From Patescibacteria group bacterium (GTDB taxonomy: Bacteria > Patescibacteriota > Patescibacteriia > UBA10025): a DNA stretch of 64,000 nucleotides. Under the pieces are notes generated by a model. It did not search any database. It worked only from the letters and a program-made list of their open reading frames with translations, and was not told the origin of the DNA. The stretch is from positions 4,969 to 68,968 of the forward strand of contig JBHPFX010000005.1 of NCBI GenBank assembly GCA_042570925.1, in the 5' to 3' direction. Position 1 is the stretch's first letter, and each line of letters opens with the position of its first letter. Shown here in pieces: positions 8,568-20,100 of this stretch. The position numbers and the translations under genes are program-made.

Positions 8568-9460
8568 GAAGCGTTCAACCGCTTAAATAATCTATTGTTT
8601 TCTGATTTGCCCGTAGGATATGAATCCAGCTCCCGCAACTGTAGCAATTACACTTAAGACTGCAAGAATGCCGCTTCCGCCTGTTACAGGCAGTTCAGTG
8701 GATTCACCCAGCACTACTGGAGCTTCAATCTTTTCTCCAAGGACAAGTGGAACAATGACATCGAGATCAACGTCAGCCTGAAGTTCAACGTAGTTGTCTG
8801 CACCAACGGTAACTACGTTGACGTAGTTACCGGCATCAACGTCTAAACCTACAACAACGGCAAAAGTGTATGCAACTGAATCACCTGAGGCGATGTCGCC
8901 AAGGGTGTGCCTCAATATTGCTTTGCCGTCGTCAGCTAAAGTGAAGCCTTCTGGAAGTTCGTCAATCATTCGGACATTGTATGCGGTATCAGTTCCCGTG
9001 TTAGTTACCTTTACGGTGTAGTTAAATGTCTGTCCCGGATTGACAACTGTCTCGTCGGCTACTTTTTCGATTTCAAGGATTGGACCACTTGAGACGGTAA
9101 CGTCACAGCTTGCTAATAGCGTGTCAACTTCCGCAGATTCCAGTGTCGCTGTATTTGCAATCTCAGTACCATTCATGAGCGGGGAGTCAACTTCGACAAC
9201 AAGTGATGTTACATAATTTCCCGGACCGACAATACCGAAGTTCCACATCACAGTGTTAGTGACTGCATCATATACACCAGGGTCTGAAGCAGAAACAAAC
9301 GAAGTGTTAGCTGGAATTTCATCCATCAGTACGAGACCTGAAGCATCAACCTCTTCAATTGCCCAGTTAAGCGTGTAGGTGATGTTTTCACCTGCTCCGA
9401 CTGGGTTTGGTGTGCAGAGCTTGTCGAGAGAGAGGACTGGAAGCGGTTCAATGAGCGTAC
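8531..9460 (-). repeat. Paralogous 3' module (terminator, anchor and DUF11-like repeats), copy A
   Basis: Shares the terminator and the 3' coding region with 10577..11500, at an offset of about 2046 nt. Copies 8678..8765 and 10726..10813 are a perfect run of about 88 nt. Confidence 0.85.
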
Positions 9461-10418
9461 ATTCTGCTGTACAGCCTTCACTACCGTCACACTGCTCTTC
9501 ACCGTTAACAATTCCGTCTCCACAGTAAGCGTGATTAACGAGTGTGCAGTCATTTGTACAGCTCTGGTTTTCACCGACTCCGTCAGTGCCGTCACACTCT
9601 TCTGATTCTTGGTTCACCACGCCATCACCGCAATAGGAGGTGACATAATTGCCAAAGTCATTGTTGGCAAAAATGTCAATGTAAGGAATTTCAACAACAT
9701 GTGCTCCACTAACAGGAGCTGATTGGGTCCAACCTGCTTGTAGTGTTTCGGTTAATGTTATTTTGTAACCACTATAGTACAGGAATTCATAGTAACCATC
9801 TGGCCAGTCTCCGTCACCAGTGAATACACATTCAGGCAGTACAACTTCTGTGAATGTAGTAGTAAACTGTCTGGGTAATAGTTCACTCGCCATGCAAATT
9901 TCCCAATTATTTAAAGGGAGTTCGCCAGCGTCCCATACTCCATTCATGTTTACGTCATTAAACTTATAACCAGAAATTACTGCCCAGTCCAAACCAACGT
10001 CATTATTTACTCTGTAGTTGTCGCCTTTTTTCCCAAAAGCGACTTTATATTCACCCCAGTCATCTCCAGCAACTGTGTAAGCTAGAAAGCAGAACTCTCC
10101 GCTTGAGTCTACATCATAGTTACCTGAAGCGACTTCAGTATTTGGATCACCAGAAGAATTACCTGGTTGACCAGTAATTGACCAAGCATAATTCCCGGCA
10201 TCAAAGTTAGAACCATTAATCCAAACATGCTCACCAACATTGTAGTGATTTAGGTCTTGTGCGATTGTGCCGCATCCATTCTCTGTGGTCCATATGGCAC
10301 CACTGCCAGGAGCTGCACTTGCTGGCTGTCCAAACATATGGACGCCGAAAGCGGCGAGGCTAAGTACGGTCAGTAATGCAATCGCATAGATTGCTGGCCG
10401 CATTGTTTTATTCTTCAT
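8592..10418 (-). CDS. Sortase-substrate-like surface protein (608 aa): conserved N-terminal domain, SdrD-B-like module, Cys-rich CGDG repeats, DUF11-like repeats, LPVTG anchor
   Basis: Signal peptide. 'YKFNDVNMNGVWDAGELPLNNWEI' is SdrD-B-like. 'YCGDGVVNQESEECDG' is a Cys-rich repeat. 'NPGQTFNYTVKVTNTGTDTAYNV' is DUF11-like. The C-terminus reads 'ELPVTGGSG' followed by a hydrophobic stretch and 'RKQ'. Confidence 0.85.
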   Translation of the reverse strand: MKNKTMRPAIYAIALLTVLSLAAFGVHMFGQPASAAPGSGAIWTTENGCGTIAQDLNHYNVGEHVWINGSNFDAGNYAWSITGQPGNSSGDPNTEVASGNYDVDSSGEFCFLAYTVAGDDWGEYKVAFGKKGDNYRVNNDVGLDWAVISGYKFNDVNMNGVWDAGELPLNNWEICMASELLPRQFTTTFTEVVLPECVFTGDGDWPDGYYEFLYYSGYKITLTETLQAGWTQSAPVSGAHVVEIPYIDIFANNDFGNYVTSYCGDGVVNQESEECDGTDGVGENQSCTNDCTLVNHAYCGDGIVNGEEQCDGSEGCTAECTLIEPLPVLSLDKLCTPNPVGAGENITYTLNWAIEEVDASGLVLMDEIPANTSFVSASDPGVYDAVTNTVMWNFGIVGPGNYVTSLVVEVDSPLMNGTEIANTATLESAEVDTLLASCDVTVSSGPILEIEKVADETVVNPGQTFNYTVKVTNTGTDTAYNVRMIDELPEGFTLADDGKAILRHTLGDIASGDSVAYTFAVVVGLDVDAGNYVNVVTVGADNYVELQADVDLDVIVPLVLGEKIEAPVVLGESTELPVTGGSGILAVLSVIATVAGAGFISYGQIRKQ

Positions 10419-10576
10419 ATGCGTCTTAGTTAATTATTACTTATTAAATTATCAATCCTACAAAACGTTTCCTCTGACCCATGTAGTAGGGGGGGAAGCG
10501 GTTTGGGTTTATTGCTAAGGTTCAGGCTTTAGCTTACTTATTTTCCTATCCTTTTGTCAAGTGCATGCTTCACATC

Positions 10577-10613
10577 AAAAAACCCGATCCTGTACACATG
10601 GACCGGGTTTTTT
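10577..10613 (-). terminator. Intrinsic terminator after the 1130-aa gene (duplicate of 8531..8567)
   Basis: The hairpin sequence is identical to that at 8531..8567. Confidence 0.75.
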
Positions 10614-11500
10614 AAAATCGTTCAATCGCTTATTTATCTCAATATTTTTCTGATCTGCCATCGAGTTACAGCCCCAGCACCCGTGAGCGCCGTCAGAATG
10701 CCTGCAAGAGCAAGAATATTATTTGCGCCTGTTACAGGCAGTTCAGTGGATTCACCCAGCACTACTGGAGCTTCAATCTTTTCTCCAAGGACAAGTGGAA
10801 CAATGACATCGAGGTCGACACCTGCTTGGAGTTCCACATAGTTGTCCGCACCAACGGTGACTACATTCACATAGTTCCCTGCAGTTACATCGAGACCGAC
10901 AATAACTGCAAATGTGTAAGCAACAGAGTCACCTGCGGGGATATCGCCAAAGACATGTTTTACTTTAACGGAATTGTCATCAGCCAATGTGAAACCTTCC
11001 GGCAGCGTATCAACCATCCGTACGCGATAAGCGGTGTCAGTTCCAGAGTTAGTTACCTTGACCGTGTAGTTGATCGCCTGACCCGGATTGACGGTTGTCT
11101 CGTCAACAAGTTTTTCGACAGTCAGGATTGGACCTGAAGATACAGTTACGTCGCACGTGCCAACAACTTCTACAAACTCGGTTGCATTCAGCATTGCTTC
11201 GTTGGCAATGACTGTTCCGTTTGCAAGAGGGGAGTCAACTGCTACGACCAGAGTCGTCAGATAATTACCAGGGGCTGCTGTACCGACATCCCAAGTAACA
11301 GTATTTGTTACAGCGTCATATACTCCTGGAGCTGATGCTGAAACAAATGAAGTGTCAGCTGGAATCTCATCAGTTAGTACGACATTGTCTATGCCGACAT
11401 TCTCTACTGCCCAGTTAAGGGTGTAGGTGATGTTCTCACCTGCTCCAACTGGGTTAGGTGTACAGAGTTTGTCGAGGGTGACGAGTGGTGCCAGCTCAAT
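10577..11500 (-). repeat. Paralogous 3' module, copy B
   Basis: See copy A. The shared module runs from 'LDKLCTPNPVGAGENITYTLNWA' to the LPVTG anchor. Confidence 0.85.
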
Positions 11501-14026
11501 CTGCTTAATTGTTTCCAGCGTACATGTGCCTGTACAGCCTTCGGTGCCATCGCATTCTTCTTCAGGATCAATGTTACCGTCGCCACAGTAAGGAATATAT
11601 TCAAGTTGGCATTGGTCGGTGCAGGTGTAGTGCTCTGTTATGCCGACAGTACCGTCGCATTCTTCGTTGTCGTCTAAATTGCCGTCGCCACAGTAAGGCA
11701 CGTATACTAGCGCGCAGGAATCGGTACAGGCATAGTATTCTGGTACTCCAGCAGTGCCATCACATTCTTCAGTTCTTTGGTTTATTTCATTGTCGCCGCA
11801 ATAAGGGAGGTAATCGAGCATACACTGATTGCAAGTGTAGTGGTCAGGCGTGGTAAGTCCTGGTTCGCCACATTCCTCACCCTGGTCCTGCACTCCATTA
11901 CCACACTCTGTATAGTAGTTGCCGAATTTCAGCCAGCCATAGTCAGTGCCGCCGGTGGTTATATTTACTTCCCAGCACACTGGAAATTCTTGATTAGTAT
12001 TAGGATTAGATGAACTATTAGCTACTGCTGTAGCGTCGTTAACCTGCGTTCCGGTAAAGTCAACTGGATAGCTGCCAAGCACTGGTCCGGTTTGTGTCCA
12101 AACTGTTTGTGACATTGGAATAAGTTCACAAATGTAGTACGTGCCCATTTCAAGATTATCAAACTTAAACTGACCAAGCTCACCTGTATGGCCGGTTAGC
12201 ACTTCTTTCAATTGATTCCACTGGTCATCATATAGCCGGATCAGCCAGCCATCTAATCGTGTTTCATCAAGATTCGGATTCGAATCTTTGTAGTGGACAC
12301 CATCTGCGTTTTTATCATGGTACTTGCGGCCAGTGAGTTGGCTGTACTCTATTGTACAGGTTGCAGAGCAGCCATCACCGTCAGTATTATTTCCGTCGTC
12401 GCATTCTTCCTCAGTTTCTTGTTTTGTGCCATCACCACATTGAGGTGCTTTAATAGTAATTTCCTCACAGCTAGTGGTGCAGTATGTACAGTCGTTACCC
12501 CCATACCTTACACTGCAGGCAAAGTCTGTATTTTGCGCACCGTCATCGCACTGTTCGTTATCACCGCGTTCGTTTGGTGTCTGTATTGTGCCATCACCAC
12601 ATGAAGTTTTATACCTATTAGTGCAAGTTACATTAATTACATCATCTTCCTGGATATTCAGAATTTTTATACCGTTGGTAATTGTTTCGATAGTGTGTCC
12701 GGTATCAATGGTACATCCTTCGAATACGAAGTCAGGATTTGTTTCAGCACCTACTTCTTTTACGTCAGTTGTTTTCGCTATGATGGTGTAGGTAGCTGGA
12801 GAACCTTCGTAAAAAGTTTTGTTTTCACCATTTACTCTGGCAGTAAAGTTCGTGTAGTCAACAATATCACCACCGGCTGAACCGAGTACGTTTTTATGGA
12901 CATTGATAGTTGCGTACTTTGGCTCAAGAACGAAGGCGGCATCATATCGGCATACGTCCGTTGGAATTGGATTACGGATAATCAGAGGATCAACCGGTGA
13001 TACATAACCCGCAGGCACAGTTACCATTCTTATCCGGTAATCACAATCAGGATAAGTATTTGTTAACATGACTATTCCGTCTGGGTTTTCGATTTGCTGG
13101 CCACCAAACATCGCTCCATCACACATACCAATACCACTTAATGTTCCATTTGGGCATTTATCAATACCACCGGGTGGATTTAGCAAATCAAGAAAGTCAA
13201 CTGCATAGCATGCCCCAGTTACATTGTTGTTATTACCATCCTTAGCTACTGCATACAGAGTATGCACTCCGCCGTTATCAGTCCTTTCAGTATTGGTGTA
13301 TGTGCAGGTGATATGTTGGCCTGCCTGTAGATTTACCTCAGCCTCGTGACCAATGTTAGTATTGTATTGGGTAAAGTTAGCGTCACAATCAATTGACCAG
13401 TTGTACTGATTTTCGTAATGAATCTCGCCAGTCCGGTATGTTCCGGGTGCCAGCATCGTAGTAATTTCTTGATTAAAGCCCAAGCTATAACTGTCATTAA
13501 CACGTCCATCGTGAATTATCTCACCACTTCCGTTTTTCAAATATGTTTCAAAGTCAGTATACATGGAACACACTTTGCTACCTTCTTTTCTGATGGTGAT
13601 TGCACCCATAGTATCACTAACAATATAGTTGTCGTTTTTATTTCCAAATTTTACGGAATAAACACCTTCGTCTCCACTCTGTACTGTATAGGCTTGGAAG
13701 CAAAATGATCCAGCTGCGTCAGTAGTGTAATTGCCACTAGCAACTGTTTGATTTGGATCAGATGATCCTGGTTTACCTTTGATAAACCAGCTGTATTCGG
13801 TGTTTGCCTCAAAACCGCGCCCGTTAACGTATACTACACCTCCAACGTCGTAATGGTTAACATCCTGCGATTCGTTTCCGCAGTCACCGTTGGTTGTCCA
13901 AATGGAACCGACTCCTGCTTCAGAATCAGAAGGAAGGAGTACAAAGCCTACTGCTGCAACAATAATCAGCCCAACCATGAATGTAAATAGGGGCGATTTT
14001 GTTGCCTTTATTATAGCTTTTGCCAT
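10634..14026 (-). CDS. Sortase-substrate-like surface protein (1130 aa), paralogue of 8592..10418 with expanded middle region
   Basis: Same N-terminal domain ('IWTT..CG...NHY..G...VASGNY') and a near-identical C-terminal module ending 'ELPVTGANN...RKILR'. At least seven CGDG/CGNG Cys-rich repeats. Confidence 0.85.
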   Translation of the reverse strand: MAKAIIKATKSPLFTFMVGLIIVAAVGFVLLPSDSEAGVGSIWTTNGDCGNESQDVNHYDVGGVVYVNGRGFEANTEYSWFIKGKPGSSDPNQTVASGNYTTDAAGSFCFQAYTVQSGDEGVYSVKFGNKNDNYIVSDTMGAITIRKEGSKVCSMYTDFETYLKNGSGEIIHDGRVNDSYSLGFNQEITTMLAPGTYRTGEIHYENQYNWSIDCDANFTQYNTNIGHEAEVNLQAGQHITCTYTNTERTDNGGVHTLYAVAKDGNNNNVTGACYAVDFLDLLNPPGGIDKCPNGTLSGIGMCDGAMFGGQQIENPDGIVMLTNTYPDCDYRIRMVTVPAGYVSPVDPLIIRNPIPTDVCRYDAAFVLEPKYATINVHKNVLGSAGGDIVDYTNFTARVNGENKTFYEGSPATYTIIAKTTDVKEVGAETNPDFVFEGCTIDTGHTIETITNGIKILNIQEDDVINVTCTNRYKTSCGDGTIQTPNERGDNEQCDDGAQNTDFACSVRYGGNDCTYCTTSCEEITIKAPQCGDGTKQETEEECDDGNNTDGDGCSATCTIEYSQLTGRKYHDKNADGVHYKDSNPNLDETRLDGWLIRLYDDQWNQLKEVLTGHTGELGQFKFDNLEMGTYYICELIPMSQTVWTQTGPVLGSYPVDFTGTQVNDATAVANSSSNPNTNQEFPVCWEVNITTGGTDYGWLKFGNYYTECGNGVQDQGEECGEPGLTTPDHYTCNQCMLDYLPYCGDNEINQRTEECDGTAGVPEYYACTDSCALVYVPYCGDGNLDDNEECDGTVGITEHYTCTDQCQLEYIPYCGDGNIDPEEECDGTEGCTGTCTLETIKQIELAPLVTLDKLCTPNPVGAGENITYTLNWAVENVGIDNVVLTDEIPADTSFVSASAPGVYDAVTNTVTWDVGTAAPGNYLTTLVVAVDSPLANGTVIANEAMLNATEFVEVVGTCDVTVSSGPILTVEKLVDETTVNPGQAINYTVKVTNSGTDTAYRVRMVDTLPEGFTLADDNSVKVKHVFGDIPAGDSVAYTFAVIVGLDVTAGNYVNVVTVGADNYVELQAGVDLDVIVPLVLGEKIEAPVVLGESTELPVTGANNILALAGILTALTGAGAVTRWQIRKILR

Positions 14027-14110
14027 ATGTATTATATTAGTGGTTTAAATAGTTGAGAAAGTAAGCGTAGCTAATATTTCTCATATTTTAGAAATATTGT
14101 CAAGTATTCC

Positions 14111-14144
14111 AAAAGAGCCAGGAAGGGTGCTCCTGGCTCTTTTT
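14111..14144 (-). terminator. Intrinsic terminator after the 2211-aa gene
   Basis: A 9-bp stem gagccagga/tcctggctc flanked by A4 and T5. Confidence 0.75.
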
Positions 14145-14151
14145 CAAAATC

Positions 14152-17100
14152 TTATTGAGACTGCTCTTTCCGGGTTACCCAGAGGGCTCCACCGACGAAG
14201 AGGACAACGAATATTCCGAATGAGAGGAATGCCAGTTCAGTCAATCCACCACCTTTAACTGGGAGGTCTTCTGCGGCAAGCACCTGCACTTCTCTTACCT
14301 CAAGTGGAACTGTGGTCGTTACATTATCGTGATTATCAGCCCATGTTACAGCGAGATTGTCATACGTTCCTGCCTTGATCGTTTCATCAATCACGACGTC
14401 GTATGAAATGTTTCTGCTCTCACCTGGGAGTAAGTCGCCGAGTTCCCACGTCTTGGTTACCGTACCATTTGGGAAGCTGAATCCTGCTGGGAGGAGATCC
14501 TGCAGCATGACGTTCTCTGCCTCTCCATCGCCAATGTTTTCTACAACAACGGTGTAAGTAACAGTACTGCCGGGATTTGCGAATTGTGCATCGACGGTCT
14601 TCACGATTGTGAGTATTGGAGCTTTCTCGCCGAATACGATTGGTACAATCACTTCTACAGACACGTCATCTGAAACATCAGGATAATTGTCTGAAGAGGC
14701 GACTGCGAGGTTTTCATAGAGGCCAGCGTCTACATCCTCACCAACTACGACATCGTAGGTTGTAGAAATGCTGCTGTCGATTGCGAGATCGCCGAGTGAG
14801 TAAGACTTCGTTCCTTCACCAGTGTCAGCGAAAGTGAATCCTGTTGGAAGTGTGTCAGTGAGAACGACATTGTACGCAGTGTCATTGCCTGAATTGGTGA
14901 TGATCACTGTGTAACTAATAGTCTGACCTGGATTGACCGTTGTTTCACTCACCGTCTTGACGATTGAAAGTACTGGACCTGCCTGAATAAGCACTGATGC
15001 TGATGCACTCACTGATGGATCTGTCTCGTCAGAGTCGAGCGTACCGGTGTTTGTAATGATTGTCCCGTCAGAAAGAGGGGAGTCGGAGGCTACAGTCATC
15101 GTGACCTGACCAGTGTCTCCAGGAACATGATTGCCAAGTTCCCAGGTGATCAGATTCGTTTGGGCGTCATATACACCGTTGTCACTCGCTGATACGAATG
15201 ACGAATTGTCAGGAATCGGGTCAACGAGTATAAGGTTTGTTATTGGGCTGGTTCCGCCAACGCTCCATGTCATTGTGAAGGTAACTTCATCACCAGGATT
15301 GATAACTGGTTTGTCAGCTTCCTTAACAAGGCCGATTGCAGGTTGTGATTCAACGATTGTCGTGGTTGAGTCATCGTCACATTTCTGAGTTGGTACTTCG
15401 GGAGCATCTGCGGCAACTACGAGCTCACCTTCACCACAGATTTCTGCGGTGTTATCTATTACTGTTCCGTTATAGAGTGGTGTGTTTACCTGAACGATGA
15501 AAGAAACAGTTCCATTCGCGTCAGGTGTGACAGTGTTAAGATTCCAGGTAACTACGCCTGCTGTTTCTGTACCGCCGTTATCTGCTGAGACGAATGTAGT
15601 ATTAGCAGGAAGCGGATCAGAGATTACGACGTTAGATACATCTGTGTTTCCAGTAACACTCCAGTCGAGTGTGTAGGTAAGTTCGTTTCCAGCTTGAACT
15701 GTTGCATCAGCTGTTTTGTCAATTGATACATCGAATTCGTTGAGTTGGTTCATGAAGTCTTTTCTGACGTCTGAGCCAGGAGTAATGACAATGCCTGTAT
15801 GAGCTCCAGATGCTGGGTTAATTGCTGTCCACCCGTATTTAAGTGTTTCAGCGACACCGTATGTTCCAGCAAAGAGACTGTCGAATTCGTAGTATCCATC
15901 TTCCCATTCTCCAGTTCCTGTGTATACACAGTTGACGCCAAAGTCTTGGGAGATGCTGTCTCCTAAGTCGATTGATCCGCCTGAAAGACAGATTTCCCAA
16001 TCATTAAGAGGCGCTTCGAGCTGATCCATCTTATAACCTCGGATAATACCTGGAATGTCATCATTCGTGATCGTGCAGGTCTTTGTTTCACCGACATTGA
16101 TAGTACCGGAACAATCAGCACCTAAGGTTTTGGCGTAGCCGAAGTATGAATCTTCATCAACGCTGTATGAGCCCTGGTCGAGTGTAACTGTTACACCAGG
16201 AGTTTCTGCACCAGCGAATGATGCATTTGAAACATTGGTTCCAGTTACATTCATCGTGAAGTCAGAAGCGACTGCTTGACCACCATCGTCGTTAATGACG
16301 TGTTTGATGATTGTTAATTCCGGTGCAATGTCATCGTTCGTGATCTCACAAACCTTATTCTCACCCGGTTGCAGGGTAATCTCTCCGTTTGCTGCACAGT
16401 CACCGCTCCATACCGAAGCAGCGTATCCAGGATCTTCAGTTTCAGTTGCTGTTACGAGGGTGTTTGCACTTACTGTGTTTGCTACACCGCTGGTGACAGG
16501 TGATCCATTGATGAACAGAGGGAAGTCAGAAACGACTTTCGTACCACCGTCATCATTAATTACGTGTTTAATGAGTTTAAGAGTTGGAGCCTTGTCATCA
16601 TTCGTGATCTCACAAACCTTGTTTTCACCCGGTTGCAGGGTAATCGTTCCGTTTGCTGCACAGTCACCGCTCCATACCGAAGCAGCGTATCCAGGATCTT
16701 CAGTTTCAGTTGCTGTTACGAGGGTGTTTGCACTTACTGTGTTTGCTACACCGCTGGTGACAGGTGATCCATTGATGAACAGAGGGAAGTCAGAAACGAC
16801 TTTCGTACCACCGTCATCATTAATTACGTGTTTTATCAGAGTAAGGGTTGGTGCAATGTCATCATTCGTGATCGTGCAGGTCTTTGTAACGCCGTTTTCT
16901 ACGACGACAGTGGATGTTGGTTGACCATCACAGATAACACTTGTTTGAGTATAGCCAGTTGGCGGTAAATCTTCAGATACTGTGTAGGTGCCGGTAACAA
17001 GAGAGTACTCTTTACCGGTTTCTGAACCTGCAGCAGGACTGTCGGCTACATCTACGCTATTAAGTTGTACATGGAGGGTGAAATCTGAAGCGACCGCATC

Positions 17101-20100
17101 ACCACCGTCATCATTAACAACGTCTTTAATTACTATAAGTTTTCCAGCGTCTCGAGTATTTTCTACATAACAAACATAAGGGGTGCAGGTATCCTGAGAA
17201 CCAATATTCAACTTAATCTGACCATTGTCCAAATAACAAGCTCCCCATGCGTTAGTTAATGAATACAAATTGTCATAGACTGAAGATTCATTAACGTCAT
17301 ACGGACCTGTGTGAGTAGGAAGGGTTACGTAATCGCCATCATGATATACGCCGGGGATACCGTTAATAGTAAAGTCCCAATCAGCATCTGTAGAAGGGCC
17401 TCCGCCAACAATGACTTTATCAAAAGTCACTCGGACAGTGTCCCGTACATTCGTAAATGTACACACGATATGCTGATTAGCGTACGTGGACTCGATATTG
17501 AATGAGGTGCCAAAGCCGCTTCCAATTTCTGTTTGCCCGTCATAACAAATCCATGAAGAAGTAAAGTCGTTTGAAGAATATACTGAAGTATCTTCAGTTA
17601 CTGCGTATGTAACATTGGTTAACAATGCTCTTTGTTCACCGCCAAGGATTCCTGATTCGCTGTCCAGACTCCATGACCAGTCACCTGGATTATATATCGG
17701 AGCTTGGTCAGGCAGTTCAACAAACTTATTCACAACGATCGTTCCAATATTTCGGTAGTTTATAAATGTCAGTTCATCAGAACCGTTACTTCCTACTTCA
17801 ACCATGGCTCCATTTGTTTCATCTGCATCGTTGTCGCCAAGGATTGTGTAGAGTGTGTAGTCCGGGTCAAGATCTTCTGAGAAGGTGTACTGACCTGGAT
17901 TGACCGTAAGCACCAGCTCGTTATTCTCAGAGAATGAGTAGGTAGTGCCATTAAGTGTGAACGTATGGTTGTCTGATACATCCTGCCCAAGATAATCCAT
18001 TACATCCTTATAGACAGTAATGGTTGCTTTCTTCTGTTTGTTAACGACATCAACCGTTTCTGATCCGCCGCTTGGTACGGTAACTTGAGACGGAGTAATT
18101 GAAACGAGATCATAATCTGGGTCAGGAGTTTCTGTTACCGTGTATGTTCCCGGCCAGACATTGAATGTTGCGTTGTTGCCTTCTGCAATTGCATCGGAGC
18201 TGTTGTAACCGTAATCACCGGTGACATTTGCTTCAAACTGATGCGTGTCAACAACCGGACCGCCGTCAGGATTTAGTACATCCTTAGTTACGGTAATGGT
18301 TGCTTCATGCTGTTTGTTAACAATATATACATGAGTTGTTTGATCTTTGGTTACTGTAGTATTACCACCATTAGTGATAGACACTAATGTATAGTCAGGA
18401 TCGATCAGTTCCTCTGTTATTACATAATTTCCGGTCGGTAAGTTATCATAGGTAACTGTCGTACTCTCAGTGATAGTTTCATTATTTGCACCATCGAGTT
18501 TCACTGTGAAACTTTGATTGTCCGTAACATCTGTAAATCCATCCGGAGCTACAACATCCTTGTGAACGACGATTGTTCCAATGTCGCGAACGTTAGTAAA
18601 CGTACATGTGATTGTGTAGTCACCCATGATCTCAAGGTCCGAAATAGTATCCCCGGAACCGCTGGCAACAACCTGTAATCCAGGACCGCCGCCGACAGTA
18701 CATTCGTAACCACCTGCAGTGTAACCAGCAGGGGACACTTCAGAGACATCATAGAATCCGGTCGGAATATTAAAGAAGTATACTTGTCCATCAGCACCGG
18801 TCGTATCGTCAGCAGTGTATTCGGTTCCAGAAACATGTACTGGTACATCCAATGGGGCACCAGATTCATCAACTTTGTTGACTATTAAGTCACCGGCTTG
18901 TCGAGTGTTATGGAAGTTACACTCTGATTGCTGAGATGAATTCACAACAACATTATTACATGTTGTTGAAACCTGCCAGTAATCAGGATTTGTACTTTCT
19001 GTAACTGTGTAGGAATTAGCAGATAAGTCGTTGAAGATGACGAAATCTTCGCCAGAGTTTGGTGTAAGTGTTCCAATACCATTGATGGTGAAACTCCACT
19101 CATCAGGAGTGGCAGTTCCGCTGTCAACATACTTGGTCACTTTAAGAGATCCATTGCACTCTGTTTCATAGTGACTGGAAACGATGTTTGAATCTATGCC
19201 ATCAGGAATTTCATTTGAATAAATGGTGCCGTAGTTTGTGATGTCTACATCTGCACATGGTTCAAGCGGGTCAACCATTACTTTGAAAGTGACAGTACCG
19301 GTTTCGCCAGGGCTGACAACATGACCATTCCAGCTTAAGAGCGAGCCGTTGAATCCATCAGGATTGGCTGTTCCGAATTTACTATACTCATATCCAAAGT
19401 GAATTCCTTCTCCATCAGTGTCACTAGCAACTGATTGCGTGTTGCTGCCGCTGACATACGTAGTGCCGGCAGGAATGTAGTCATCAATTCGTGCGCCGCC
19501 ACCGGTACAAACTGCCGTACCGTTATTTCCATAATGGAGCGTGTAGTGTATTCCCTGACCGCTGTCATTGGTAAAGGGGTCAGCAATTTTTTCAATCCAG
19601 AGATTACAGAATGGTACGTCTATGTAATCGCCGTAGACATTAGAAGCGGTAAAGTCTCCCTGAACAGGCCATTCGATGTATGGTTCTATGGTGACATCAA
19701 AAGTTTCAGAAACTGTAGCACCGGCATTGATAGTCTGTTGGGGCCAGGAGACAATTTCTGTTCCTGAGTTATATGAGCCAGAGTTAGAAATATTGAATGG
19801 GTCATTTGTGTACTCAACAATATCGCTGACATCGTCTTCGAAAATGAAACCCGGTGAAAAGATATTTCCAGCATTTGTTACTGAAAGAGTATAGCGCAGG
19901 GTGTCACCCGGTTTGACCGGCATTGAGACGGTGGTATATCCGGGGTTGGTTACATTTTCAACTGATTTATTTTTAATTAGTTCAACAAAAAATCCTTCTG
20001 AAGCCATCCAGTCTTTCTGAAGCGGATTGGTGTTTGAAGCTGAGGTGCTCGCGAATAGGGAGCTGTATGAACTGAAAGGAATTTCAGTTTTAGGAACTGC

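Noticed and set aside
8592-11500. Diversity-generating retroelement (template/variable repeat pair) as an explanation for the near-identical 3' segments.
   Set aside because: The window has no reverse transcriptase. Both copies are coding and include stop codons and terminators. The differences I see are not restricted to adenine positions. Ordinary paralogy and gene conversion explain the pattern better.
12268-12290. tRNA-like T-arm sequence ('ggattcgaatc') and a general by-eye search for tRNA, rRNA, RNase P, SRP and tmRNA.
   Set aside because: The match lies inside the 1130-aa CDS with no acceptor or anticodon stems around it. I saw no GGTTCGAATCC-type T-loops with a cloverleaf context or other hallmark RNA motifs in the intergenic regions. 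A covariance-model scan is still needed.
7050-16858. CRISPR-like arrays or other non-coding tandem repeats.
   Set aside because: The only regular repeats are in frame inside CDSs: the PE/PT linker at 7050..7167 and the 264-bp units at 16331..16858. There is no repeat-spacer architecture and there are no cas genes.
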